Source: Candidatus Poribacteria bacterium
GTDB lineage: Bacteria > Poribacteria > WGA-4E > PCPOR2b
NCBI GenBank assembly: GCA_965208325.1
Contig: OZ242326.1
Location: forward strand, 3,392,001-3,456,000
Length of the DNA: 64,000 nucleotides
Direction: 5' to 3'
Under the pieces are notes generated by a model. That model was not told the DNA's origin and did no database searches. It was given only the letters and a program-made list of their open reading frames with translations. Position 1 is the stretch's first letter. Every line of letters begins with the position of its first letter. This document shows, piece by piece, positions 21,159 to 30,524 of this stretch. The translations under genes were made by a program, and so were the position numbers.

Positions 21159-21542
21159 AATATGTTTCCCGCCTTATGCAGCATATTGGTCCTGTTTCTT
21201 CGTTGGTTTAAAATCGTCCTTCATAATCCTGCGCTATTACTCTTCCTAAAAAATGGACATGCCATAAAGGCGAACCCCCGACTGCGTATTGCTCAGTTTG
21301 TGGACAGCCCTGTTCATTTATTGGACAGTTTTTCAAGCAATGTTCGCCATCACGCCTTATTTTAAAACATTTCAAATTGGCACCATACTTGCTATATTTA
21401 AACATTACTATTTCTATCTTCGAATTTCTCGCTGCCTCGCGTCCTGCCTTCGGATTTCAGGATCCAGGACCACGCGGTGTAAAACCGGTCAGACGAAAGC
21501 GCTGAATTTCTGGGATTAAATCCTAATCTTAGCTAAAAAGTA

Positions 21543-22682
21543 ATGGAGGACACGTCAATGACATCGAAAAATCGACGCAAATACGCAACTATTGTATTGG
21601 GACTCATCATTTTTATCAGCCAGCCTTTTTATGGGGCAAGCCAAGCCGCGGATGCTTCAGATTACCGTGAGTTGAATCAGCAAGTGATAGAAGCGATTGA
21701 TCGGGGGCTTAATTGGCTGAAATTACAGCAAGGGGAGGACGGACTCTTTCATGATCACCCCGGGTTAACCGCTCTGGCAATATCTGCGTTCTTGCGGCAC
21801 CCGGAAAATAGGTTTAAGGAAGCCGAACATCCGTTTATCCAAAAGTCAATTGAGGCATTGCTCAAATTGCAGCAACCCAATGGCGGGATTTATGATGTAG
21901 AGAAACAGCCCGCGCTGCCGAACTACAATACCTCCGTCGCGTTACTAGCGCTGTCAGATACGGACAATCCCGAATACAAAGACGCCATTGAGAATGCGCA
22001 GAAGTTTGTCAAGGGGCTTCAAGTTCAAGATACGGAAAGCGTGTATTACGGCGGTATCGGTTATGGGAGCCGCGAGACCGTGCACGACCTCTCCAATTTG
22101 AACTTTGCGCTCCAATCCTTAAAAGAGAGCGGTGTTGAAGATCAGGCTGTATGGGACAAAGCCATCAAGTTTCTCGAAAGGTGCCAAAATAACAGCGAAA
22201 CCAACGATCAGCGTTGGGCTGGGAACGACGGCGGTTTTATTTATGCCCCTGACGGCGAGAGCAAAGCAGGGAGCAACAAATCCTATGCGAGCATGACGTA
22301 TGCGGGGTTGTTGAGTTTTATCTACGCCAATGTTGACAAAAACGACCCGCGTGTGCAGGCTGCCGTCGGTTGGATTAAGCAGCACTTCACCGTTGAAGAA
22401 AACTACGGTATGGGTAAACAGGGACTATACTATAATTACCATACAATGGCAAAAGCGCTCAAAATCTACGATGAAGCGGTTATTGTCGATGCTAAGGGTA
22501 TCTCTCACGATTGGTACAAGGAGCTAGCCGAGAAGCTTATCTCCGAGCAGATTGTTTTAGATACGGAGCAATCCCAAGGATATTGGCAGAACGCGGAAGC
22601 GAGATGGTGGGAACGTGATCCCGTACTCGTAACCTCGTATTCGGTATTGGCTCTTGCGACAGCGTACCGACCGTCGTCATAG
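21543..22682 (+). CDS. exported prenyltransferase/squalene-cyclase repeat (alpha/alpha barrel) protein
   Basis: Signal peptide; repeats LKLQQGEDG, LQQPNGG, FLERCQ, DGGFIY, SMTYAGL. Confidence 0.75.
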   Translation: MEDTSMTSKNRRKYATIVLGLIIFISQPFYGASQAADASDYRELNQQVIEAIDRGLNWLKLQQGEDGLFHDHPGLTALAISAFLRHPENRFKEAEHPFIQKSIEALLKLQQPNGGIYDVEKQPALPNYNTSVALLALSDTDNPEYKDAIENAQKFVKGLQVQDTESVYYGGIGYGSRETVHDLSNLNFALQSLKESGVEDQAVWDKAIKFLERCQNNSETNDQRWAGNDGGFIYAPDGESKAGSNKSYASMTYAGLLSFIYANVDKNDPRVQAAVGWIKQHFTVEENYGMGKQGLYYNYHTMAKALKIYDEAVIVDAKGISHDWYKELAEKLISEQIVLDTEQSQGYWQNAEARWWERDPVLVTSYSVLALATAYRPSS

Positions 22683-22711
22683 CCAGCATATTTAATTGAT
22701 TGTGCTAACAT

Positions 22712-22740
22712 AGCCCAAGCTGTGCGCTTGGGCTTTTTTT
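22712..22740 (+). terminator. intrinsic terminator
   Basis: AGCCCAAGC-TGTGC-GCTTGGGCT followed by a T-run. Confidence 0.8.
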
Positions 22741-22750
22741 ATGTCAACTC

Positions 22751-23095
22751 CTAGAGCCTGTTTGAAAATTAGGCGGCAAACCCATTTTTGGGCGGTTGAG
22801 TCGTTATATTCGGTGGCTTGATTCCACGAAATACGTTACTCCAACATTGAGCGGGGCAAGATGCCCCGCCTACAAGGTGTAATGGTGTACGCGGGTCAAG
22901 ATGCCCCGCCTACAAGGCGTAGTGGTGGACGCGGGGCAAGGAAGATGTCTATTGCGCGGGATTTACTATCGCGTTTGCTATTCGTTCAGTTGATTCTATT
23001 CAGTCGCTTGATCCCCGCCTACGGAAGGTAGTGAGTTACTATACACCTGCCGCCCCTCTGGGCCTGTATAAAATGAATCTACAAACAGGTTCTTA
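22751..23095. mobile_element. probable non-autonomous IS5-type MITE containing REP arrays
   Basis: TIRs GAGCCTGTTTG (22754-22764) / CAAACAGGTTC (23082-23092) flanked by CTA/TTA; left end matches the IS5 end at 17789-17802 at 13/14 nt; internal 40-bp tandem units start at 22851, 22891, 22931. Confidence 0.55.
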
Positions 23096-23235
23096 AAAAT
23101 CTCAGCCTATTTAAAAATCCATTAGATTTATTAATCGACACACGGATTAAAGCGCGAATGGGCATCCTTGTGGAATTACGTCAAATAGCTATGGAAATCA
23201 TCTCAGGGTACAATCTGGGCAACACAGTTAGAGGA

Positions 23236-23299
23236 GTCACGGATATCCGTGACCAGCTTTATTTTAACGCTTGATCTCTATTTGCGGGAATGCTATAAT
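23236..23299 (+). promoter_or_regulatory. palindromic operator plus extended -10 promoter of the Rieske/cyt b operon
   Basis: GTCACGGATATCCGTGAC (23236-23253); TTGATC-17-TATAAT with TG extension. Confidence 0.7.
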
Positions 23300-23340
23300 A
23301 CGCGCCGTAAATTCAATCTTTGAAGTGTGAGGTGGCAAAA

Positions 23341-23829
23341 GTGTTATCTCGACGCCAGTTTTTTCAATCGTCAGGCTGGGCGATTTTTACGGCTGCTTTA
23401 GGTTTTGCCTTCGGTCCCGGATTAGTTAGGTATTTATATCCGCGCGTCCTTTTTGAGCCGTCGTCCGTCTTTAAGGCGGGATTTCCGGCTGAATATCCCC
23501 CCGGCACTGTGAGCGAACGGTGGAAAAAAACGCCGTATGGGGTTTGGATTGCTCGAAAAGAAGATGGCGAGTTTTATGCGTTGTTAGCAATCTGCACTCA
23601 TCTAGGCTGTACGCCGCGATGGTTCGGGTCGGAGAACAAGTTCAAGTGCCCCTGCCACGGGAGCGGTTTTGACCGGGAAGGCATTAACTATGAAGGGCCT
23701 GCGCCGCGTCCGCTTGAACGCGTAAAAATTTCTCTGGCAGAGGACGGGCAACTGCTTATTGACAAGTCCATCAAATTCCTATATGAGAAGGATCAGTGGG
23801 ACAATCCGGGAGCGTCGTTAAAGGCTTAG
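23341..23829 (+). CDS. petC: Rieske [2Fe-2S] subunit of a Rieske/cyt b complex
   Basis: Tat motif SRRQFF; CTHLGC and CPCHGS boxes; GPAPRPL; GTG start after GAGGTGG. Confidence 0.93.
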   Translation: MLSRRQFFQSSGWAIFTAALGFAFGPGLVRYLYPRVLFEPSSVFKAGFPAEYPPGTVSERWKKTPYGVWIARKEDGEFYALLAICTHLGCTPRWFGSENKFKCPCHGSGFDREGINYEGPAPRPLERVKISLAEDGQLLIDKSIKFLYEKDQWDNPGASLKA

Positions 23830-23938
23830 TTGAAATTGTTGTTCCAAAAGCATATTTCTGATGAAAGAAAGGGGTTATCCAGTTTCGCTAGACAGGACGG
23901 CAGTAGGGTTCTGTACAGGCATGGGCTGTTGATTTCTA

Positions 23939-24709
23939 ATGGACGAAAAACGTAACGGACTCAAGGAAAAGATAACAAACTCCCAGATTTGGCGATCCAT
24001 GTTTCGGCATGGTTACGAAAAGACCGGGAGGCGGTATACCCTCCAAATTCTCCAGAACGTCTGGCTGCATTTGCACCCGCCTCGTGTGCCGCGGCACGGC
24101 ATCAACTTCCGGTTTACATGGTGCATGGGCGGAATTACCTTCTTGATGTTTCTTGTCACTGCGGTGACGGGTGTATTGCTTATGTTTTACTACCGCCCCA
24201 CGGCTGAATACGCCTTTCGAGATATCCAGTATCTTGAATTTGATATTCCTTTCGGAATGCTGCTTCGGAATATGCACCGCTGGGCAGCGCACGGTATGGT
24301 CATCGCTGTGATGCTTCACATGTTCCGGGTTTTCCTGACGGGTTCTTACAAAAAACCGCGCGAGTTCAATTGGGCGGTTGGCGTTATCCTGCTGGTTGTC
24401 ACCCTCTTTCTCAGCTTTACCGGTTATCTGCTGCCGTGGGACCAGCTCGCATTATGGGCGGTAACCGTCGGCACAAATATGGCGAGCGCCACGCCGGTCC
24501 TGGGGTACGAAGGTCCGTTCGTTCCGCAAGCTATCACGCAGTCCAATGATGTCCGATTTGCGCTGCTCGGCGGGACAATTGTTGGCCCTTCGACGCTATT
24601 GCGGTTTTATATTTTACACTGCGTGGCGGTCCCGATTTTAGCCAGCGTATTGATGGCATTGCACTTTTGGCGCGTCCGCAAAGACGGCGGAATTTCCGGT
24701 CCTCTGTAA
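23939..24709 (+). CDS. petB: cytochrome b6-type subunit
   Basis: RNMHRWAAH, LHMFRVF, GYLLPWDQ, LHC...LHF; Cys in FTWCMGG at the heme ci position. Confidence 0.93.
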   Translation: MDEKRNGLKEKITNSQIWRSMFRHGYEKTGRRYTLQILQNVWLHLHPPRVPRHGINFRFTWCMGGITFLMFLVTAVTGVLLMFYYRPTAEYAFRDIQYLEFDIPFGMLLRNMHRWAAHGMVIAVMLHMFRVFLTGSYKKPREFNWAVGVILLVVTLFLSFTGYLLPWDQLALWAVTVGTNMASATPVLGYEGPFVPQAITQSNDVRFALLGGTIVGPSTLLRFYILHCVAVPILASVLMALHFWRVRKDGGISGPL

Positions 24710-24757
24710 GCATTCAATTGTCTCATTCCAGTCGAAAAAGTAGAGGGGTAAAAGACT

Positions 24758-25624
24758 ATGGAACCTTTCCTTGCGCTTGTTAGTAAGCCTGATAATGTCC
24801 CAATTATTGCAATCATATTTCTCCTGCCATTTTTTACATGGCTTGCATTTAGCCAAGGGCGAAGAAACGATAAAGCCGGGACACCGGCTGAGGCGGCGCT
24901 TAAAGACAAGGTCTATGTGTGGCCTTACCTTTGCCGCGCCGAATTCCTTTGCGCAATTATTGTGATGTTGATTCTCGGTATATGGTCGATTGCGCTGGAC
25001 GCGCCGTTGGAGGAAATGAGCGACCCGGCAAAGACCCCAAATCCTTCCAAAGCGCCGTGGTATTTTTTGGCGCTGCAAGAGATGTTAGTGTATTACGATC
25101 CATGGATTGCGGGGGTGGTGCTGCCAGGCTTGATTATCGCAGGCCTTATCGCTATTCCTTACATAGATATCAATCCCAAGGGAAAAGGGTATTACACGCT
25201 GAAGGAGCGTCCATTTGCGATTGCCACGTTCTGTTTCGGATTTTTTATGCTCTGGATTGTCATGATGGTTGTCGGTACATTCCTGAGGGGGCCTGGATGG
25301 AACTTCTTCGCACCGTGGACAGAATGGGACCCGCACAAAGTTGTACCGTTAACCAACGTCAACCTGTCTTATAAATTTGGCATCCGCGGCGACCTGACGG
25401 CAAACATATTCGGATTCATTGTTGTCGCCGGCTACTTTTCGTTAGGTCCGCTCCTCTATTTCTGGAAGCGAAAGACAAGCCGATTCTTGCAGGAACTCGG
25501 GTTGATTCGGTATATAATCGTCTCGTTTTTATTTCTGACCATGATGGCATTGCCGATTAAAATGATTCTCCGCTGGGTTTGGAACATTAAATATATCTGG
25601 GTATCTCCATGGTTCAATGTATAG
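24758..25624 (+). CDS. petD: cytochrome b subunit IV-like protein with extra TMs
   Basis: APLEE..DP..TPNPSKAPWYF (PEWY-equivalent), PYID. Confidence 0.85.
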   Translation: MEPFLALVSKPDNVPIIAIIFLLPFFTWLAFSQGRRNDKAGTPAEAALKDKVYVWPYLCRAEFLCAIIVMLILGIWSIALDAPLEEMSDPAKTPNPSKAPWYFLALQEMLVYYDPWIAGVVLPGLIIAGLIAIPYIDINPKGKGYYTLKERPFAIATFCFGFFMLWIVMMVVGTFLRGPGWNFFAPWTEWDPHKVVPLTNVNLSYKFGIRGDLTANIFGFIVVAGYFSLGPLLYFWKRKTSRFLQELGLIRYIIVSFLFLTMMALPIKMILRWVWNIKYIWVSPWFNV

Positions 25625-25654
25625 GCGAAAAAGGATAAGGAGGTCTACTGGTTC

Positions 25655-28600
25655 GTGAGAAGCAAAAAGGAAATCCCGGTCGAAGAAAAATCTTACGCTG
25701 CTCTGTTCTTTATCCTTTCCGCGCTATTGGGGTTTGTGACCTTGTGGGGATTCTGGAATGAAGCCATTACGAGACGGCCGTGGAAAGCGATTCAGCAACG
25801 GTTTTACCAATATGAATACGAGAAAACGAAAATTGCACTCGAAGGAGCTAAACAGGAGCTGCCAGAAATAGAAACACCGGAACTTCTTGACGCTAAGCGC
25901 CTGAACAAACTTGAACAAAACATCAACGATGCAACAATAAAACGTGATGAAGCCATACAAGAACGTAAGTTTCTTCAGAGCGAGGCGGACGCGATAAACT
26001 ACAAATATCAATTTGCTTTGCACCATTCAAAAGCAATTCATGAGAAAGGCGACAAGAGCGATCCGGAGGTTGACAAATGGAAGAGTCGGCTAGACGACTA
26101 TGACAGGCAAATCGAGGGCAAACTGACACAAGATGTGGTAGCAGCGGAACGTACGCTGGCTGACGCCTATCGCGAGTCGGCTTCATTTTATGAAACCGGC
26201 GGACACATTGAGGATGCGTTGAGCCAGTTCTTACTCGTCCAGAAATACGACCCCACGTCCGAAGCCTTGCCGGCGAAAATAAGAGACCTCCGCTTACAGG
26301 TCGAATCCATTCGAGCAGATAGAACTGCAAAGGCAGAAGTTGACAAACTCGAAGAGAAGCTTTCCTCATTGTCCCCCTTAAAGCGGAGTTTCTTGGGAAG
26401 TCTGTTGGAAAGTCCATTTCATAAGACACGATCATTAGTGCAATACTATCTGGAGGACTTTGAGTATACGGCTGACCGGTGTGCCACATGCCATTTTTCA
26501 GTGGACCGAAGCGGTTACGACCGTTTCGCCGCGGAATCATTTGAGGTTGAAGGCGGCGAGGACGGGCAGACGCCTTCTAAACAATTGATGCATCCGCTTG
26601 TAAAGGTAGGCAGCGAGAGCGTCTTGATTGATGATGAGGAGGCGGAAAGCGATCAGTACGTCCTGAACGAAAACGGCTTACTTACTTTTGTAGACCCCGA
26701 TATTGCCGATTTTGGCGCGGAAGTGGAAATCGAATACGAAACCGGTTACGACGCTGTACTGCGAACCCATCCTTACCGGGACGTGCTGCTCGGCAACCAT
26801 CCTGTGGAGAGATTTGGCTGTACACCGTGCCACGGCGGGCAAGGGCAAGCCCTTACGGCGCAATCCGCTCACGCTTTGACGCACGCCGAGTTCTGGCTGG
26901 AACCCGTATTGGGATTGGATGAACATACGAGCGAGCTGTCGGGGCAGTTGTCGCGGGAAAGAAAGAAAGGCAAACGCGCCGACCAACACAAAATCGCGGA
27001 TCTTGAGAATGAGTTGGAAGAGAAGCGATCTGAGCTTCGCGGCTATCTGTATACCAACTGCCGCCGCTGCCACAGCGAAGTAATGATGTTGGACTATCCT
27101 TCGCCTCCACCTGAAACGGCGGACGCGCGAGATTATGCGCCCGATCTCTCAAAAGGGATGGCGCTGTTCGAAGATTTGGGTTGCCAAGGTTGCCACGCTG
27201 TCGACGGCTATCCTGCGCTCGAAAATTTGGCGAATGTCGGCCCTTCGCTCGCCAAAATTGGCAGTAAGGTGAACGGCACGGAGTGGCTCGTAGGCTGGCT
27301 TAAAGACCCGCCGTCGTATCTGCCTGACACCAAGATGCCCGTATTCTTCCCGACCGAAGACATGTCGAAATTGGTTTATCTGAAAAATGGGATGAAGCGC
27401 GAAGGCACAGTCAGAAGTGAAGCGGGGGCGATTATTGTACGCACGGATGATGGGACAGAATACCCCTACCGAGAGGACGAAGTTGACCGCATTGTCGATA
27501 TCGTTAAGTCTATCGCAGCCTACCTAGAGCAGCAGACGGACGCCGCCATTGATGGAAATGAACCAAACTATTCGACATCGCCGAAAGCAATTGCCGCGGG
27601 CGAGGAGACCGTCAAATCGGTCGGCTGTATTGCGTGCCACGCCGTTGACGGACTAGGCAGCGATTTCGCGCCCAAGTTGGATGATGTCGGCAATAAGCTC
27701 ACCCCCAATTTCCTCCGCCAGTGGGTTGACAATCCGAAATCCTATGACCCTGATACCGTCATGCCGGACATGCGCCTTAGCGATACGGAGGTTGACAACG
27801 TCGTCGCCTATTTGATGAGCCTGAAATCGCCGGAGCCTCCTGCTGTGAAAGTGACTGCTGATTCTTATGGAAATATTGTCGAGGAGATTGACTCCGAAGA
27901 AGGCGAGACGTTAGTTCGGCTATACGGGTGTTTTGGTTGCCATACTATCCCGGGATTCGAAGACGAACCGAAGGTTGGCGCAGAGCTTAGTGCATTCGGA
28001 TCCAAGACCGTTGACGAATTCGATTTTGGCGATACCGTGGGTATTGAGCACAGTTGGCACGGCTGGACTATCGGCAAACTCACCGACCCCAGGCGGTATC
28101 AAACACGCCGCATTATACAACGTATGCCGGTGTTTCCGATTAGCCAAGAAGACGCATATGCACTCGCGGTTTTGCTTAAGAGTTTCCAAGCCAAAAAGTA
28201 CCCGTTGAGTTATATCCACCAGCCAAGCGACACGCTTCGATCGGTGGATGCCGGGCGCCGATTGGTCAAGAAATACAATTGCCAAGGGTGCCACGAGATT
28301 GAAGCGAAGGGCGGGGAATATGTCGAGTTCATCGACAGTCAACGCGATGACCTGGATTTGAATCAAGCGAAACAGTTTGCACCGCCGACGCTGCGTGCCG
28401 AAGGGGCAAAGGTTCATCCGGACTGGCTGTTTAGTTTCTTGAAGGAGCCGACGCTGATTCGCTACGGTCTTGATGTCCGCATGCCGACGTTTGGATTCTC
28501 GGACGAAGAAACCACCGCGCTTGTTCAGTATTTCTCGGCGCTTTCGGACGAACCGTTCCCCTATGAGACCATTCCATTGCCGCCAACGGCGCAAGCAGAT

Positions 28601-28909
28601 CTCAGAGTTGGCAAACAGATTTTTGACGCGCTGCAGTGTATATCCTGCCACCCGGAGCAAGGTGAGGTTATCCCGGCAGGAAGCGATAAGACCGGCCGCC
28701 CCGACCTCTCTCTGGCTAAAGGCCGTCTCAAGGAAGATTGGCTGATTGACTGGATGAAAGATCCGGCATTTTTCCAACCGGGTACCGCGATGCCTCAAGC
28801 TTGGCCGAAAATCGGCGGCGTGTATCAACCTGTCGACGGTTTCGCCATCCAAGACGCCGAGGAACAGATTCGGTTAGTCAGAGATTATCTCCTCTCGCTG
28901 AGCAAGTGA
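25655..28909 (+). CDS. membrane-anchored octaheme cytochrome c
   Basis: Eight CxxCH: CATCH, CTPCH, CRRCH, CQGCH, CIACH, CFGCH, CQGCH, CISCH; N-terminal TM plus coiled coil. Confidence 0.9.
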   Translation: MRSKKEIPVEEKSYAALFFILSALLGFVTLWGFWNEAITRRPWKAIQQRFYQYEYEKTKIALEGAKQELPEIETPELLDAKRLNKLEQNINDATIKRDEAIQERKFLQSEADAINYKYQFALHHSKAIHEKGDKSDPEVDKWKSRLDDYDRQIEGKLTQDVVAAERTLADAYRESASFYETGGHIEDALSQFLLVQKYDPTSEALPAKIRDLRLQVESIRADRTAKAEVDKLEEKLSSLSPLKRSFLGSLLESPFHKTRSLVQYYLEDFEYTADRCATCHFSVDRSGYDRFAAESFEVEGGEDGQTPSKQLMHPLVKVGSESVLIDDEEAESDQYVLNENGLLTFVDPDIADFGAEVEIEYETGYDAVLRTHPYRDVLLGNHPVERFGCTPCHGGQGQALTAQSAHALTHAEFWLEPVLGLDEHTSELSGQLSRERKKGKRADQHKIADLENELEEKRSELRGYLYTNCRRCHSEVMMLDYPSPPPETADARDYAPDLSKGMALFEDLGCQGCHAVDGYPALENLANVGPSLAKIGSKVNGTEWLVGWLKDPPSYLPDTKMPVFFPTEDMSKLVYLKNGMKREGTVRSEAGAIIVRTDDGTEYPYREDEVDRIVDIVKSIAAYLEQQTDAAIDGNEPNYSTSPKAIAAGEETVKSVGCIACHAVDGLGSDFAPKLDDVGNKLTPNFLRQWVDNPKSYDPDTVMPDMRLSDTEVDNVVAYLMSLKSPEPPAVKVTADSYGNIVEEIDSEEGETLVRLYGCFGCHTIPGFEDEPKVGAELSAFGSKTVDEFDFGDTVGIEHSWHGWTIGKLTDPRRYQTRRIIQRMPVFPISQEDAYALAVLLKSFQAKKYPLSYIHQPSDTLRSVDAGRRLVKKYNCQGCHEIEAKGGEYVEFIDSQRDDLDLNQAKQFAPPTLRAEGAKVHPDWLFSFLKEPTLIRYGLDVRMPTFGFSDEETTALVQYFSALSDEPFPYETIPLPPTAQADLRVGKQIFDALQCISCHPEQGEVIPAGSDKTGRPDLSLAKGRLKEDWLIDWMKDPAFFQPGTAMPQAWPKIGGVYQPVDGFAIQDAEEQIRLVRDYLLSLSK

Positions 28910-28922
28910 CACTGAGGCAATT

Positions 28923-29294
28923 ATGCGACACCTACTCATCGTCGTTGGGATATTCGCTGCCAGCGTGAGTGGTTTGATTTGGTTGTGCCGCGCAGTGGAT
29001 CCAAGTACGCGATACAGCTCCAAAGTCGAGTTCAATTACGCGAGATATTGTGCGGGCTGCCATGGCGCCAACGGTGAAGGCAACGGACGGATCGGGCGGT
29101 TCAAAAAGTTAGAACCTGCAAACTTGACGGCAGCCGATTTTTGGGACGGCAGCAGCGACGAAAAACTTATTCACAGTATTGACGCCGGCAAGGATGACAT
29201 GCCGGCGTTTTTCTACTATCTGACACATGGTGAACAGCGGGAACTTCTCGATTTCATCAAAGAGAATTTTCGACCAACGCCGGCACACGATTGA
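28923..29294 (+). CDS. small monoheme cytochrome c
   Basis: Signal/TM, CAGCH, distal MPAF. Confidence 0.88.
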   Translation: MRHLLIVVGIFAASVSGLIWLCRAVDPSTRYSSKVEFNYARYCAGCHGANGEGNGRIGRFKKLEPANLTAADFWDGSSDEKLIHSIDAGKDDMPAFFYYLTHGEQRELLDFIKENFRPTPAHD

Positions 29295-29327
29295 ATCAAT
29301 AGCACACATTGGCACAGAGGCGGCATA

Positions 29328-29531
29328 ATGAGACAAGTGGTTGTTTATCCGGGTGAAGATAGCTACTGGGTTGCTGAATGCCCTAGCTTGCTAGGTTGCA
29401 TAAGCCAAGGGAGATCGAAGCAAGAAGCTATCGCGAACATCAGAGAGGCAATTGAAGGATACATTGCGACTCTTGAGGACGATGGGCTGCCGGTGCCGGG
29501 CAAAAAGAATTTGGAGCGGACGAGATTCTGA
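29328..29531 (+). CDS. hicB: HicB-like antitoxin (orphan)
   Basis: YWVAECPSL.GCISQG.S..EAIANIREAI. Confidence 0.8.
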   Translation: MRQVVVYPGEDSYWVAECPSLLGCISQGRSKQEAIANIREAIEGYIATLEDDGLPVPGKKNLERTRF

Positions 29532-29567
29532 ACTAAGATTGCGGTCGGCCTAAGGCGCACTCATCCA

Positions 29568-29631
29568 GTCACGGATATCCGTGAGTTCTTCCTATTCAAC
29601 CTTGATTCTTAGTGTCGTATACTGCTATCAT
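29568..29631 (+). promoter_or_regulatory. palindromic operator plus promoter of the bd-like module
   Basis: GTCACGGATATCCGTGA (29568-29584); TTGATT-18-TATCAT with TG extension. Confidence 0.65.
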
Positions 29632-29687
29632 TGATGATTAATACGTTCCATAATCGCATTTTAATAAAGAAAGGATTGGCCAAAACC

Positions 29688-30449
29688 ATGAAAACTGTAA
29701 CGACCCTGACCGTATTCAGCTTCATCCTCATCGCAAGCCTCACTTATGCCGCCAACATCACAGGAACAGTTATGTATGACGGAGATGCGCCGGCGCGTCC
29801 AGCGATGAAAGCCACTAAAGACCAGCACTGCATTGATAAGCTTGCAAATGGAAAGTCCGAAGCGCTTGTCGTCTCTAAAGGTAAAGGAATTAAGAACGTT
29901 GTTGTCTATTTGCGTGCGCGAGGCGCGACGCCCACGCTGCCTGCCAAAAATCCGGTAATGGATCAGGTGGACTGTAGGTATTATCCGCATGTGCTCGTTG
30001 TAACTGAAGGCACCACGGTGGATGTGACCTCCAGCGATCCGGTTGCGCATAACGTCCATTCTCACGCCAAGAAGAATGAGGCGGTGAATTGGCAGATACC
30101 TGTTGCCGGGAAGGTGCTGCCACTGAAGTTAGAAAAGCGAGAGGCAATCAAATTTACTTGCGATATTCACAACTGGATGACGGGATATATCTTTGTGGTA
30201 GACAATGACTACTATACCGTTACGGGGTATAAGGACAGCAAGGAAAACTGGATTAGTTCGGACAGTTATGAGGCTTCGAGCGATAAGGGAGCATACACCA
30301 TTAAAGATGTTCCCGCGGGGAAATACCGCATCCAGGCGTGGCACGAGGAGCTTGGAACGACGAAAGCCAAGACGATAGAAGTTTCTGACGGCGAAGACCT
30401 TCAAGTCAACTTTACGAACGCTGATTTCAGGAAGAAAGCCGCGAAATAA
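29688..30449 (+). CDS. exported cupredoxin-like / carboxypeptidase-regulatory-like domain protein
   Basis: Signal peptide; MDQ..C.Y.PHV, HNVH, CDIHNWM, WHEELG. Confidence 0.8.
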   Translation: MKTVTTLTVFSFILIASLTYAANITGTVMYDGDAPARPAMKATKDQHCIDKLANGKSEALVVSKGKGIKNVVVYLRARGATPTLPAKNPVMDQVDCRYYPHVLVVTEGTTVDVTSSDPVAHNVHSHAKKNEAVNWQIPVAGKVLPLKLEKREAIKFTCDIHNWMTGYIFVVDNDYYTVTGYKDSKENWISSDSYEASSDKGAYTIKDVPAGKYRIQAWHEELGTTKAKTIEVSDGEDLQVNFTNADFRKKAAK

Positions 30450-30524
30450 ACCACTGCATTGACGCTTGACGAGACGCTATAAACATTGCTCGTTTCGCCC
30501 GTCATGATTTTGAGACGCAAGATT

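Noticed and set aside
22851..22940. 40-bp tandem repeats as a CRISPR array
   Set aside because: The intervening sequences are near-identical and short, and no cas genes are present; fits REP tandem units
27920..28852. 310-aa antisense ORF and similar long shadow ORFs
   Set aside because: Opposite well-supported genes and no motifs
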